DNA of 63,722 nt, filler included. It is 7 parts of 7 records of this genome, joined end to end, with 100 filler letters (N's around TTAATTAATTAA, not from the genome) between each part and the next. Parts side by side here need not be neighbours in the genome. Positions count along the whole stretch, not along the records: positions 57,812 to 63,722 come from SRR2962707_3699; 6 more parts are not named here. The stretch is one strand, 5' to 3'. A program made the position numbers and the translations under genes. Position 1 is the stretch's first letter; each line of letters begins with the position of its first letter. The notes under the pieces are model-generated. The model did no database searches. It was not told the DNA's origin and saw only the letters and a program-made list of their open reading frames with translations. This document shows positions 63,668 through 63,722 of this stretch, in pieces.

Positions 63668-63722
63668 TGTATTGTATCGTATTGAATGATTTGACTTCAT
63701 TCATCCCACAAGCTTAGCATAC
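63668..63722 (-). mobile_element. Dispersed repeat copy D (tail end only, cut by window end)
   Basis: TGATTTGACTTCATTCATCCCACAAGCTTAGCATAC compared with the copy B reverse complement TGATTTGATTTCATTCATCCTACAACTTAGCGTAC, preceded by a TTGTA-type tail. Confidence 0.55.

Overview
The window is not one locus. It holds seven unrelated contigs joined by identical 100-nt artificial spacers (44 N + TTAATTAATTAA + 44 N). Contig 1 (1-27431) and contig 2 (27532-32739) look Rhodobacteraceae/Roseobacter-like. They carry an ABC binding protein, an XRE/ScfR regulator, a lone receiver, an SLC5-STAC histidine kinase, a persulfide-detox cluster, a degenerate FadJ-like protein, gapR, ppk2, a MATE pump, SDR-dgoK-dgoA, a urease operon with three inserted genes, a lactonase with a sugar ABC transporter, and a polyamine-type ABC transporter. 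Contig 4 (39689-46267) is from a second, more GC-rich alphaproteobacterium (ctrA, fliI, fliJ, yajQ, flhA, flbD). Contigs 3, 5, 6 and 7 are eukaryotic. Contigs 3, 5 and 6 hold genes with GT-AG introns (a coiled-coil/RanBP2-ZnF/PH-like protein, a sulfotransferase, a PAN/Apple-arylsulfatase and a UvrD/Srs2-like helicase), and contig 7 holds a 1601-aa mosaic membrane ORF. Contigs 5, 6 and 7 share a dispersed repeat that resembles the 3' end of a non-LTR retrotransposon. The strongest candidate for an undescribed system is in contig 1. The XRE/ScfR transcription factor contains an internal segment that aligns without gaps to the DHp domain of the adjacent kinase (15/50 identities by hand), including the phospho-acceptor His. 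This suggests a His-Asp-His phosphorelay ending on a transcription factor. All assignments come from motif reading by eye; no searches were run.
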